A stretch of DNA of 64,000 nucleotides from a virus (lineage: Duplodnaviria > Heunggongvirae > Uroviricota > Caudoviricetes). The position numbers were made by a program, and so were the translations under genes. Shown here in pieces: positions 48,949 to 58,529 of the stretch. The stretch lies in IMG/VR virus record IMGVR_UViG_3300027977_000006; one strand, written 5' to 3'. Within the stretch, counting starts at the first letter, position 1. Every line of letters starts with the position of its first letter. The notes under the pieces were generated by a model. It did no database searches and had not been told where the DNA came from. It saw only the letters and a list, made by a program, of their open reading frames with translations.

Positions 48949-49854
48949 CTAAAATGGGAGGTCATCACCTTCCTCTTCTGCGGAAACCTCAACTGGAGCA
49001 GTCGGAGCAGTCGGAGCTGATACGATACCAGCTTTAACATTTTCAACACCCAATGTCAATTCAGATTCCAAAGAGTCGGTTTCGCTAGATGTTGCTGTCA
49101 AAGAAGCTTTGTCAATAAATTTCTTATCTTCAGAACTCCATACTGGAATACCACCTTTTACAATGATTTCCAAGTACTCGTAACTTCTAACAGAATAAAC
49201 ATCTTCCCAAGTTCTTGAATCTGACAACCAAGCTTTTGCTTCTTCAGCATTTTCTGAAAGCGGACTAGGGTCTAGGGATGCAACAGCGGATACAACTGGC
49301 ACATTGGTTTGGTTTCTATTGATGGTTAACACAAGGTCACGACCAGTTTCTGGGTGTGTAACATCCTTTTTAAGAGCGTTAAGAACACCGATGATTTTGT
49401 CATAGATACCCTCTTTACGATAGTCGTGGTTAAATCTCCAGAATTTAACACCTTCTTCTGGGCGTTCTCTGTCAATAACTTTAACAACGTACATCATCTT
49501 TGCACTGTATTTTTTAGCAAGTTCTTTATCAGACTCTCTGCCAGTAGATAACAATGCTTCACGTGCTTCGCAGAAAGGACATGCTTCATCTTTTTCGTGT
49601 TTCAAGCAAGGGAATGTTTTCCACTCACCATCAACTTGAATTTTATGGCCATGCATCTCAACGAATGGTGTACCACCGTTTGTACTAGGTAAAATTCTGA
49701 TTTGTTTTGTAGCTGACTTCACACCATCTTTAATGTAGGTGTTAAAGTAGTTTTTTAAGTCGTAAACCTTTTCTGATTTTTTCTCATACTTTGGTTTGTT
49801 GTTTGCTTCGTACTGTTCTAAAATAGCTTGCAAACTGGTTTTTTCATTACTCAT
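48949..49854 (-). CDS. gp32-like single-stranded DNA-binding protein
   Basis: IRILP, PF..H, C..CPFCE Zn site, GVKFWRF, GRDL, acidic tail ending DDLPF. Confidence 0.85.
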   Translation of the reverse strand: MSNEKTSLQAILEQYEANNKPKYEKKSEKVYDLKNYFNTYIKDGVKSATKQIRILPSTNGGTPFVEMHGHKIQVDGEWKTFPCLKHEKDEACPFCEAREALLSTGRESDKELAKKYSAKMMYVVKVIDRERPEEGVKFWRFNHDYRKEGIYDKIIGVLNALKKDVTHPETGRDLVLTINRNQTNVPVVSAVASLDPSPLSENAEEAKAWLSDSRTWEDVYSVRSYEYLEIIVKGGIPVWSSEDKKFIDKASLTATSSETDSLESELTLGVENVKAGIVSAPTAPTAPVEVSAEEEGDDLPF

Positions 49855-49908
49855 TTTTCTCTGTTTTTAAATTTATGTAGATGTTATTTTTACTTAGTTT
49901 ATGTGTTA

Positions 49909-50013
49909 CAAATATACTAAAAATATGACAAAAGTCAAGCAGAATATTGATTTATTTTAAGCCTATTTTAACTATAGAATGCAAATATACTACACATTTT
50001 TCAATGTTGCAAG
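49909..50013 (-). promoter_or_regulatory. Tandem Bacteroidetes-type promoters for the ssb-recA-exonuclease cluster
   Basis: CTTG-N19-TATATTTG (49909-49939) and CTTG-N20-TATATTTG (49982-50013). Confidence 0.78.
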
Positions 50014-50031
50014 TACGGAACAATTCTAAAT

Positions 50032-50059
50032 AAAAAAAGCCCCAAAAAGGGGCTTTTTT
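50032..50059 (-). terminator. Rho-independent terminator
   Basis: A7-GCCCC-AAAAA-GGGGC-T6. Confidence 0.8.
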
Positions 50060-50061
50060 AT

Positions 50062-50838
50062 CTAGATATCTTCTTCTTCATATTCTGGAATATCACCCTC
50101 GTCATAAGGGTTTTCTGGTGTTGAAAATGATTGTTTAATAGATGAATCACTGTAAGTTGAATCAACGTCATCTTTTGTTAAAATGTATTCTTTTGGTTTA
50201 CCACCTGTACCCATAACATCATACATTCCCTCTTTATCAGCCCAATAATCACTTAATTTTTGATTGAAAGGATATGAGTGAAGTGACCTCATCTCCAATT
50301 TTTCAACTGGTGTTGGGTTTCTCTTTATGAGTTCTTGCTCTAATCCTTCTATTTTATTTGTGATGTCTGTCATGTTAGCAACACGTGATTCCAAATCAGC
50401 CAATTTTTGTAGCAACACTTCTGTGTTTTTTGTAGCGGCATCAGCAGCTTTTTTAGCTTCTTCAGAACCTTTTACAATAGAGGTGACATCAACTTCAACC
50501 TCGTCACCAGATGGTTCATCCGCAGGCGCTTCTTCGTCATCCGCAGGTAATTCTTCGTCATCGGCTGGTTCTTCATCTGGTAAATCAGTAACTTCTTCTT
50601 CACCAGCTGGAGCCTCAACGCCTAAATCAGCTGCAACACTATCAGCAGCCGCTCCAATGTTATCTTCTGACTCCAAATCGTCTGGGGCTTCTTCAGCCTC
50701 ATCCATGGTGTCACCTAAAATAAGGTTTTTAAACTCAGGAATTTCTTTTTTCTCTTGGTAGAAATCATATTCTAACAAAAGTTTAAATCTATTTTGTTCT
50801 TCCTTAAGCAAGCTAGGATTGAATTTAGTCTTTTTCAT
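50062..50838 (-). CDS. Highly acidic protein with coiled coil (scaffold/core-like)
   Basis: PADDEE repeats, heptads, N-terminal LLKE..LLEY. Confidence 0.6.
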   Translation of the reverse strand: MKKTKFNPSLLKEEQNRFKLLLEYDFYQEKKEIPEFKNLILGDTMDEAEEAPDDLESEDNIGAAADSVAADLGVEAPAGEEEVTDLPDEEPADDEELPADDEEAPADEPSGDEVEVDVTSIVKGSEEAKKAADAATKNTEVLLQKLADLESRVANMTDITNKIEGLEQELIKRNPTPVEKLEMRSLHSYPFNQKLSDYWADKEGMYDVMGTGGKPKEYILTKDDVDSTYSDSSIKQSFSTPENPYDEGDIPEYEEEDI

Positions 50839-51035
50839 TAGAATAATAATTGTCTTCCGTCTTCTGTTATTATCTTCTTGTTGATTCTTTCAACAATGCT
50901 TTTGTCGCCTTTTATTACGCAAACACCAGAACTACAATCCATATTTGGATTTTCACTGTTTTCCAACATTGAATTCAATGCTTTCATAAGGTCTTCAGTT
51001 TTTTTGTTTGTTTCTTTTTTATTCGTATTTTCCAT
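50838..51035 (-). CDS. Small hypothetical protein
   Basis: 65 aa ORF with TATTTATA at 51067-51074. Confidence 0.65.
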   Translation of the reverse strand: MENTNKKETNKKTEDLMKALNSMLENSENPNMDCSSGVCVIKGDKSIVERINKKIITEDGRQLLF

Positions 51036-51085
51036 AACTTTAGTTTATTAAAGTTGTTATCTTTTATATAAATATCTCAAACACA

Positions 51086-51487
51086 TTAAAAAATCCTCTG
51101 AATCTTGAAAATGCCTAGCTCTTGGCCGTTTAATAAAATAATCCTATCTTGATATTCTGACCAATCAATCTTATATGATTTATAGTCAATGTTTCCTATA
51201 TCGCTACCAACTTTTAAATCAATTAGTTTATTTAAAGCGTTTATAGTATACAAAGCATTTCCTTTCTTGTGAATAGGTACGGCATTTGGGAATAAGTCTT
51301 TTAAGTTTATTTTTTTATCTTTTTCAAATTTAAACTTAAATGTCATGATGACTTTTGATTCATCATCCAAGTTTTTATAACAAAAAACTTTGTCTTTGGT
51401 TATTGAAAATTTAGCTTCTAGATAACTAATAAACCAATCAACTCTCTCTGGGAATATGAATGATGCTAGAAGAATCGTTTTGTCCAT
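51086..51487 (-). CDS. Hypothetical protein
   Basis: 133 aa ORF. Confidence 0.7.
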   Translation of the reverse strand: MDKTILLASFIFPERVDWFISYLEAKFSITKDKVFCYKNLDDESKVIMTFKFKFEKDKKINLKDLFPNAVPIHKKGNALYTINALNKLIDLKVGSDIGNIDYKSYKIDWSEYQDRIILLNGQELGIFKIQRIF

Positions 51488-52073
51488 TTTTTATAGAATA
51501 TAAGTACGGTGCAAATCTAATGTTTCCGTTTAGATAATTGATGCATTTTTTATATTCTATAAGTATCTCGTTTTCTCTCAAAAATACACTACTGCTGGCT
51601 TTTACCTTATCTTTTATTTTGTCTGAATCAAAACCGATATATTTTAATAATTTTAAATCTACCCCAAAGATAAAATTATCAGAATACATATACAGCATTT
51701 CACCATGTTCATAGGTTATAATGTTATCCAATGACTTTATTTTTCTAATTATTTTCATCATTGTTTTGCCCCTATATTGAATAGGGTCAACGAATACATA
51801 CACAACTTTGTCTGTAAATTGTTTATAAACCTTATTTATAAACCAAACCAAATCTTCATCGTGTTTATCTCTTTTCTCGGTTCTTTTAAAAGTCCAATAA
51901 AGATTATCAGATAATTGAACATCTGTTATGTCAAAATCTGGATAGTGCTTTGATACATAGTCATAACCAATTATAAGGGTTGGTAACCCATCTATAATAG
52001 AGTTAATTGACTTTACAACGTTAAAGTCTTCTGGAGCATTTACCTTTGTTGTTGTGACTATATTGGCTACCAT
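51438..52073 (-). CDS. Hypothetical protein (start reassigned to MVANIV)
   Basis: ORF with CTTG-N20-TACCTTTG promoter at 52080-52111. Confidence 0.7.
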   Translation of the reverse strand: MVANIVTTTKVNAPEDFNVVKSINSIIDGLPTLIIGYDYVSKHYPDFDITDVQLSDNLYWTFKRTEKRDKHDEDLVWFINKVYKQFTDKVVYVFVDPIQYRGKTMMKIIRKIKSLDNIITYEHGEMLYMYSDNFIFGVDLKLLKYIGFDSDKIKDKVKASSSVFLRENEILIEYKKCINYLNGNIRFAPYLYSIKNGQNDSSSIIHIPRES

Positions 52074-52079
52074 ATCACG

Positions 52080-52111
52080 CAAAGGTACTAAAATTTATTC
52101 AATTTTGCAAG
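52080..52111 (-). promoter_or_regulatory. Bacteroidetes-type promoter
   Basis: CTTG-N20-TACCTTTG, 6 nt before the ATG. Confidence 0.75.
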
Positions 52112-55100
52112 TTAACTGCATGTTTTTACTTGAACGGATGATTGGCTTATTGCTGGTGGGTTTACAGTGCTACCAGCTAGTACATTATTAACGCCAGCTC
52201 TAGTACCCCATGTAAATAAACTTTTACTTAATGATAATTTATATGCGCCAATGTTATTTTTTAAACCATCAACAATATCTTTGTAATAACCGTTTGTTAA
52301 AGTATCTACAGTTGCTTTTAAACCAGCATCTTTTGATGCGTAGTTTTTTACAAATGCTTTTCCTTTAGAACAAGAAAAGGCTGTTGATGATGGGCTACCT
52401 TGTGTTGTGTTGAAAGGGTTCCAAGCCGCTTTAGCGCCTTCAGCTTGTCTCCAAGCATACAAAAATTTCAAGTTTTCTGGTGTTGCTTGGGCACCCAAAC
52501 TAGTTAATATTTGGGTGTAAAATTGAATATCAGCCGATGATGGTTGAACGACTGAAATGTTTTTATTTTCCAACTTATAAGTTTCTTCGGTTCCATCTAA
52601 GTTTTTATCCACTTTTTTATAATCGCATGTTGTATAAACCGCTTCTGTATTATTTTTATCGTTAGGGTTTCTAACAAAATCTTTATACGGTTTATTGGTG
52701 CTGACTGTAATCGTTTTAACTTTAGGTCTCTGAGATAATATACACGCAGCACTTTTACCGTGATATTCAAAATGCCAAAATTCTTCAAGGCCAGTATCAT
52801 CTCTTAAAGCTTCTGGTATTATCCAACCATATGTGTATCCATTTTCTAATAACCAAACTATAGATTCATTTATGTTAAAATTATATCCTTGCCCAACATT
52901 TGGTTTGCTATCAACATAATTTTTTATGATAGCACCACTTTTTGTTAAGAACTGAAAATCAACCGCAATACCCCATCCATGATTTGAAGTGCCTGGTCTA
53001 GCAACACATCTTCTACCTTCACATGTTGCTTCATCATAAAGTCTTTGTTGTTCCTCTATAGTTCTAAAACCGCTATTTATGTATGCGTAAACGCCACTGT
53101 TACCAGCAAAACCTTGACTTTTCATCCATACAACCCAATCTGTTAACATTTGATTAAGGGCTGTTACAGCTTCTGGGATTAATTGATTTTTAGCTTTATC
53201 CCCAGCTATTGTGTTTGAAATTCCAGCTGGTGTTTGAATAGGTAATAAACCTAAAGAATCTCGATTACCATTATTTCCACCTCTATCTATTAATGTTAAT
53301 ACTATTGGTGGGAACGCTTTTGAACCTAGTGGTCTAGATGGTTCTGAAGGGTTTACATTGGCGGCATTAATGGTATCAATCAAAGACATGTATAAATCAC
53401 CAGCTTCAAATATTGGTGTTACTGATTTTCTTATTCTACTTCCAGTAAAATTAGTTGTCATATGATTTGGTTTTATGCTATGTTTTACTCTAGTAATAAC
53501 ATAAGCACCATGAAACATAGGTATGTTATCCAATTGGAAATACATCATCGGTTGAATCATAGCGTTGCCCATCATTTCAACCTCAACTTTATAACTTCTA
53601 ACAGAATAAACATTATAGATGTTTTGACCAGCTAAAGTTCTGTATGTTTCAGCACCTTTTTTAGATATATCCTCCATTATTTGTAATGATTCAGCTGTTT
53701 CGGCAAACTCACTTTGGTCTAAAACTATATCTTTGAATATGTTTTGGTTTTGCTGGCCAAATCTAACTTTGAAAAATACTGTTGGGTCTTCATAGTCATT
53801 GCTTGTTCTGGTTAAATCTGGTGGTATATCACCATCCCTAACGTCAAAGCCATCATTTGGGTAATTTGAACCCTTAAAGTCTAAATGTTTAGAACTTTGT
53901 CCAACGTACATACAAATAAATGATGGTCCAGAAACGCTTTCTGAATCTGAATATGTTGGGAATGGTTTAAAAACACTTTGTACTGTTTCTGGATTTCTAT
54001 AGTTTATAAAAGATGGGAGGGCAATAAAGTCAAAATTATTTGATGATAAGATAGACGTAACCATATCATATAAACTAGTATTTGGTTGCGTCTTCATAAT
54101 ATCATGTATTGGGAATGGGTTAACAGCAAATCTATCTCCAATATCTTCAAAAGACCTGCTTATAAACCTAAAGCTATCTATTAACCTAAGTTTTGGTTCG
54201 TTAGAACCTGTTCTTTTTTTAGCCAACGATAAATCAGAGTCATTCCTACCACCACATTGAAAAAATATGCTGTCACCATCTTCAGATTCTGTTATCCATT
54301 TATCATACATGTTTTTACATGTTCTGTATAACATAAATTTTATAAGGTTATCATCTGAAGTTCCAAATATGCTATTCTTAATTTCTTTTTTTTGTTGCTC
54401 TTCTGTTATTGGTTCCATACCTTTAAAATTTTCTAAAAAGGTATTAATATATAATTCAGTATTTTCTTTTGAAATTGTGATATAACTTGCAGTACTAGTA
54501 TTTACTGGTAATTTTTGTTTGTCCCATATTCTATATGACATATTAGAAATGACAACTTCTTTCTGTAAAACACTAATCAATGTATTGGTAACGGGTGTGT
54601 CATCTTTTATCTCCAAGAAATAATTGTTTTCATATTCACTATCTATGTATGGATTAAAAATAATATAATTATCAAAATTTTTACCATAACGGTTTTTTAC
54701 GCTTAATGTTTCCAAAGAATCATTAGTTATTGAACCTTTTGTTGTTTGATAAGCTGTGGACCAACTACCTTGTGGTGTTAATTCTAATTCAGACTTAATT
54801 GCATTCCAATCATCACTTTTTGCGAAATCCAAAAATGAATTTTTAAATTCTTCTTTTGCTTGTTTTGGTAGTTTTAATAAGACTTCATCAAGTTTTCTAT
54901 ATTTATAACCAAAACCACTAACATAATTATCATTAATAAATGACATCGGAACTATAGGAAAACTCCTTAAAGTATCCAAATTTGTTGTAAAATTTACAAA
55001 TTCATTTACAGTTAAATATTCATCTTTCTTTGGATATACATCTGGGTGTGATGTTGGTGAATTTGTTCCAAATGTTGGTAATAAAGAATTTGTACCATCA

Positions 55101-58100
55101 AAAAAAACTATCGGGTCTGATGTTTCTTCATATCTCCAAAGTAATCCACCGATAAACGCAACCCACAATTTTGGAGCGTATACAAATCCAGCCCTGTACT
55201 TAAATAAATTTAAAATCTCTGTATCTACATCATTACCTTGACTAAAAGAAGTAAAAATTGTGTTTGTTTTTACCGCATCAAAAGTAAAAGTGTTATAATT
55301 TTTTTGTATTAATCCATTCCAAGGTAGTGTATGCAAGAATAAAAAAGCTTTAGACTCTTCTTTAGTTTGACCATAATAAAGATTACTACCAAATAAACTA
55401 ATCGGTACAGATACATCGCCAATCCCAATAAATCCTTCATCAAATATGTTAAAATGTACATAAGGATATGATATATTTTGTTCGCCTTTTTTAACATTAG
55501 ACATTAAATCTATCGTTTTACCATAATCCATGTGCAACATCTTATCGGATTCTTTAAACATTTCAACTATGTTATTCAAGCTACTTGAAACTTTGTATTT
55601 GTCTGGTTTCACATCAAACTGAGACGATGTTGGTTGGCTTTGGTTAGCTTGATTGGATGCTGACCTAAACTTACCTAAACCATTGGCAAAAACAGATTTA
55701 TCAACAGCGTTTGAATAAAATAGCGTACTAAGTGGTAATCCATCCAGTGCTTCATCACCCCAATTTAATTGGCTAAATTCTTGTATACCGTATAAACCAC
55801 CAAAGCAATTAAAACCGACACTATTGATGTTATCTTCAATATCTTTTAATTTTTCTAAATCTATTATTGATTCTGTATTTATACCAGTAGGTAGTGAATA
55901 ATTGGCCGCACCATTAACGTATGAATCTTTGTCAACGATTCTAAGATATATTGCACCATCATCATCTGGGTTTGTTGGATTTGTTGGGTCTTCATAAAAA
56001 TAACGATTTCCCAAAAATAAGCTACCACTCTCTTGTTTTTCTTTTAATTGTGTAAATCTAGTTGGCCATACAACTTCATTAAAACTATCATTTATTGGAA
56101 AATATTTATTTATGTTTTTTTCAGGTAATATATATCTATAATCATAAACCCCATTTTCTTCTACAAGTACAAATGAATCATTACCATTAATTTTTCCTTT
56201 TGTTGCTTTTATAACACCAGTAGCACCTGATAACTGAGACAATGACTGAACGACTGTTGCTTTATTTGGTGAATCGTTCATAACAGCTTGAGCTTCAAAA
56301 TTTGCCATCGCTATTATTTCATCTGATGTTAATGTAGTTTCCTTGTTTGTAATCCCCAAAAATGTTGCAGCTCTTATTAACACCAAAACTAAAAGCTCGT
56401 CTTTTGTTTTAGGATTAATTCTGCTATATGGTGCCAATTCGTTTTCGAAAACTCTTGTATCTAAAGGATTTGACGGAACCCAATTTGATTTTAAGGATTC
56501 AGCCAACCTGTCCATGTCATTTTGTGTTTGAGCTTGTTCGATAAAAGCTTTTAATAAATCTTTTATAAAAAAAAGTTCTGGTACGTTATCTGGATTGTCT
56601 AAAACGCCTGGTTCTCCTAAATAAGCATCTTCTAATGTTTTATCGGTTTCTTTTCTATAATCTGGCCATGGATAATACTTTGGTATAAGATTATTTTGAC
56701 CATTATTAGTTGTCGCATCAGTATCTATATCACTATTTCCTTTATTTTTAAAAACTTTTTCTAATTCATTTCGTCTAACGTCATCTGTGTCAGATGATGC
56801 ATTTCTTGAAACCTCATAAATACAATACATGAAAACTTCAGCAGCTGTTGTAAGTATTTTTACAATATTTCTTATTGATGGGTCAAAGTCTAATTCTGAT
56901 TTAACTTGCAAACTTAACCCTTCAGCCAAATTCTTTTTAGTTGCGTCAATGTCTGAATTTATTTTGGTTAACTTGTCTTCTAGTTGTTTAAAAAGATTTG
57001 TATTATCAACAACATTAAATTCATAATCATCTTGCAAAACATAATTATTGTTGGTTATGTAAGTTAATAAATCTTTTCTAGTTTGTTCCGCATTTGTTGA
57101 GCTGACCAATTTTTTCTTAGCTTCAGCATAATCATTTGTTGGGTCTTTTAAAATTTTTAATGTTAATTTATCGTATTTTTTTATATTGATAAATTCATTT
57201 TTATCTAAAGTTATATTATTAATTTCATTAAAAGAATCGATTAGTTTTCCAACTGATTCTCTGTAAGTTGTTGCAGCTTTTTCATAATCTTTGTTTGTTG
57301 AATTTACAATCGCAAAAGAATATGTGGCTGATTGTTTGTTTATATCAATTATTTCACTAAAATTTTGTATTGTTCCTCTTATATCAGTGATAGTGCCTAT
57401 CTTACCTTCCGCTAATTTAAGTTGGCTGTATTCTTCACTGTTAGAAAGAATTCTCCCAACTTCTTCATTTATTTTTGAAATTTTATCATATAGTTCATCT
57501 AATGTTAATAAATTAGGGTCTTCTTCTTTTAACTTACGGTACTTACTCTCACCAATTATTGTGTATGGTATAGCTTTTAAATAACCAATTAACATATCTG
57601 ACAACATTGCATAAGTATAACCAACAAAACTAGCTGTTATTTCAAAATTACCAGTTTGTGAATTAAATCTAGATGTAAATTTTGTCATGTGCAGACAATA
57701 TTCAACTGGCTGACCATAATAACCTTTTATTTTTAACTTATATAGTGGGTATGGGAGTTGAAAAAAGACTGAATAATCATTTTCATTGTTAGCTGTTTTT
57801 TCTTCATTTTGAAAAATAGCACTGCCTCTAATATCAATAAATTGAATTGTTATCATTGGCGCAAATGAAGAATTAAAATCTATATCTATTGATGTTATGC
57901 CTAAATTTTCTTTAGAATTTTCATCACCAAAACTAGTTGTTAGCTCAGTAAACTTGGTCGTCAAAAAACGTTTATCACCAAAAGACTCGCCTTCTATAAA
58001 ATTTATTTTAACCCTTTTATCATTTAGTGCAACATTACCAGATGATTTTGTACTAAGAAGCGTTCTGCCTTTTTTTTGTGTTGATAGTTCAACTGATATT

Positions 58101-58189
58101 GTTAAATCCTCATATGGTACAAAAAAATTAGAACTAGAATCTTGTCCATCAACACTGTTTGGGTCAATTATGTTTAATCTATTGGCCAT
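52112..58189 (-). CDS. 2025 aa baseplate hub / tail-associated lysin with M15 peptidase and lysozyme-like domains
   Basis: Hub-like ends (GITSIDI..F.DIRG; V.MMGNAMIQP..GAY.I..V.H.I); SGFRT..Q..PGTSNHGWGIAVD..EFWHFEY; AWRQAEG..NPFNTT. Confidence 0.78.
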   Translation of the reverse strand: MANRLNIIDPNSVDGQDSSSNFFVPYEDLTISVELSTQKKGRTLLSTKSSGNVALNDKRVKINFIEGESFGDKRFLTTKFTELTTSFGDENSKENLGITSIDIDFNSSFAPMITIQFIDIRGSAIFQNEEKTANNENDYSVFFQLPYPLYKLKIKGYYGQPVEYCLHMTKFTSRFNSQTGNFEITASFVGYTYAMLSDMLIGYLKAIPYTIIGESKYRKLKEEDPNLLTLDELYDKISKINEEVGRILSNSEEYSQLKLAEGKIGTITDIRGTIQNFSEIIDINKQSATYSFAIVNSTNKDYEKAATTYRESVGKLIDSFNEINNITLDKNEFINIKKYDKLTLKILKDPTNDYAEAKKKLVSSTNAEQTRKDLLTYITNNNYVLQDDYEFNVVDNTNLFKQLEDKLTKINSDIDATKKNLAEGLSLQVKSELDFDPSIRNIVKILTTAAEVFMYCIYEVSRNASSDTDDVRRNELEKVFKNKGNSDIDTDATTNNGQNNLIPKYYPWPDYRKETDKTLEDAYLGEPGVLDNPDNVPELFFIKDLLKAFIEQAQTQNDMDRLAESLKSNWVPSNPLDTRVFENELAPYSRINPKTKDELLVLVLIRAATFLGITNKETTLTSDEIIAMANFEAQAVMNDSPNKATVVQSLSQLSGATGVIKATKGKINGNDSFVLVEENGVYDYRYILPEKNINKYFPINDSFNEVVWPTRFTQLKEKQESGSLFLGNRYFYEDPTNPTNPDDDGAIYLRIVDKDSYVNGAANYSLPTGINTESIIDLEKLKDIEDNINSVGFNCFGGLYGIQEFSQLNWGDEALDGLPLSTLFYSNAVDKSVFANGLGKFRSASNQANQSQPTSSQFDVKPDKYKVSSSLNNIVEMFKESDKMLHMDYGKTIDLMSNVKKGEQNISYPYVHFNIFDEGFIGIGDVSVPISLFGSNLYYGQTKEESKAFLFLHTLPWNGLIQKNYNTFTFDAVKTNTIFTSFSQGNDVDTEILNLFKYRAGFVYAPKLWVAFIGGLLWRYEETSDPIVFFDGTNSLLPTFGTNSPTSHPDVYPKKDEYLTVNEFVNFTTNLDTLRSFPIVPMSFINDNYVSGFGYKYRKLDEVLLKLPKQAKEEFKNSFLDFAKSDDWNAIKSELELTPQGSWSTAYQTTKGSITNDSLETLSVKNRYGKNFDNYIIFNPYIDSEYENNYFLEIKDDTPVTNTLISVLQKEVVISNMSYRIWDKQKLPVNTSTASYITISKENTELYINTFLENFKGMEPITEEQQKKEIKNSIFGTSDDNLIKFMLYRTCKNMYDKWITESEDGDSIFFQCGGRNDSDLSLAKKRTGSNEPKLRLIDSFRFISRSFEDIGDRFAVNPFPIHDIMKTQPNTSLYDMVTSILSSNNFDFIALPSFINYRNPETVQSVFKPFPTYSDSESVSGPSFICMYVGQSSKHLDFKGSNYPNDGFDVRDGDIPPDLTRTSNDYEDPTVFFKVRFGQQNQNIFKDIVLDQSEFAETAESLQIMEDISKKGAETYRTLAGQNIYNVYSVRSYKVEVEMMGNAMIQPMMYFQLDNIPMFHGAYVITRVKHSIKPNHMTTNFTGSRIRKSVTPIFEAGDLYMSLIDTINAANVNPSEPSRPLGSKAFPPIVLTLIDRGGNNGNRDSLGLLPIQTPAGISNTIAGDKAKNQLIPEAVTALNQMLTDWVVWMKSQGFAGNSGVYAYINSGFRTIEEQQRLYDEATCEGRRCVARPGTSNHGWGIAVDFQFLTKSGAIIKNYVDSKPNVGQGYNFNINESIVWLLENGYTYGWIIPEALRDDTGLEEFWHFEYHGKSAACILSQRPKVKTITVSTNKPYKDFVRNPNDKNNTEAVYTTCDYKKVDKNLDGTEETYKLENKNISVVQPSSADIQFYTQILTSLGAQATPENLKFLYAWRQAEGAKAAWNPFNTTQGSPSSTAFSCSKGKAFVKNYASKDAGLKATVDTLTNGYYKDIVDGLKNNIGAYKLSLSKSLFTWGTRAGVNNVLAGSTVNPPAISQSSVQVKTCS

Positions 58190-58499
58190 AAAGTAGGTTG
58201 TATGTTTTAACTTCGTTTATATATCTTTGAACAGCGTTGTCGTAAGGAAAAGGAACCCTTATTGGTGACATGTCTGGAATGTTAAACTCTAAACCACCAA
58301 ATTGAGGGTTAGCCAATAATATCAACCAGCCGCTGTATGGATTATTATAATAAGTGTTACTCATTTTGTCAAGTCTACTAACACCTTTTTTATAAACAGC
58401 TAGTTTATCACTTTCAGCTCTTGGAATAGAGATTCCTGGAAGTGGTCTAATCTGACCGTTCTCTCTAAAATTACTGTATCTATCGAAATATTGTGCCAT
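58179..58499 (-). CDS. LysM-like small baseplate protein (gp53/tail X-like)
   Basis: RLDKMSNTYYNNPYSGWLILLANP..IRVP. Confidence 0.72.
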   Translation of the reverse strand: MAQYFDRYSNFRENGQIRPLPGISIPRAESDKLAVYKKGVSRLDKMSNTYYNNPYSGWLILLANPQFGGLEFNIPDMSPIRVPFPYDNAVQRYINEVKTYNLLYGQ

Positions 58500-58529
58500 G
58501 CTATTTTAATTTTTGTTTGTTTTAATTTA

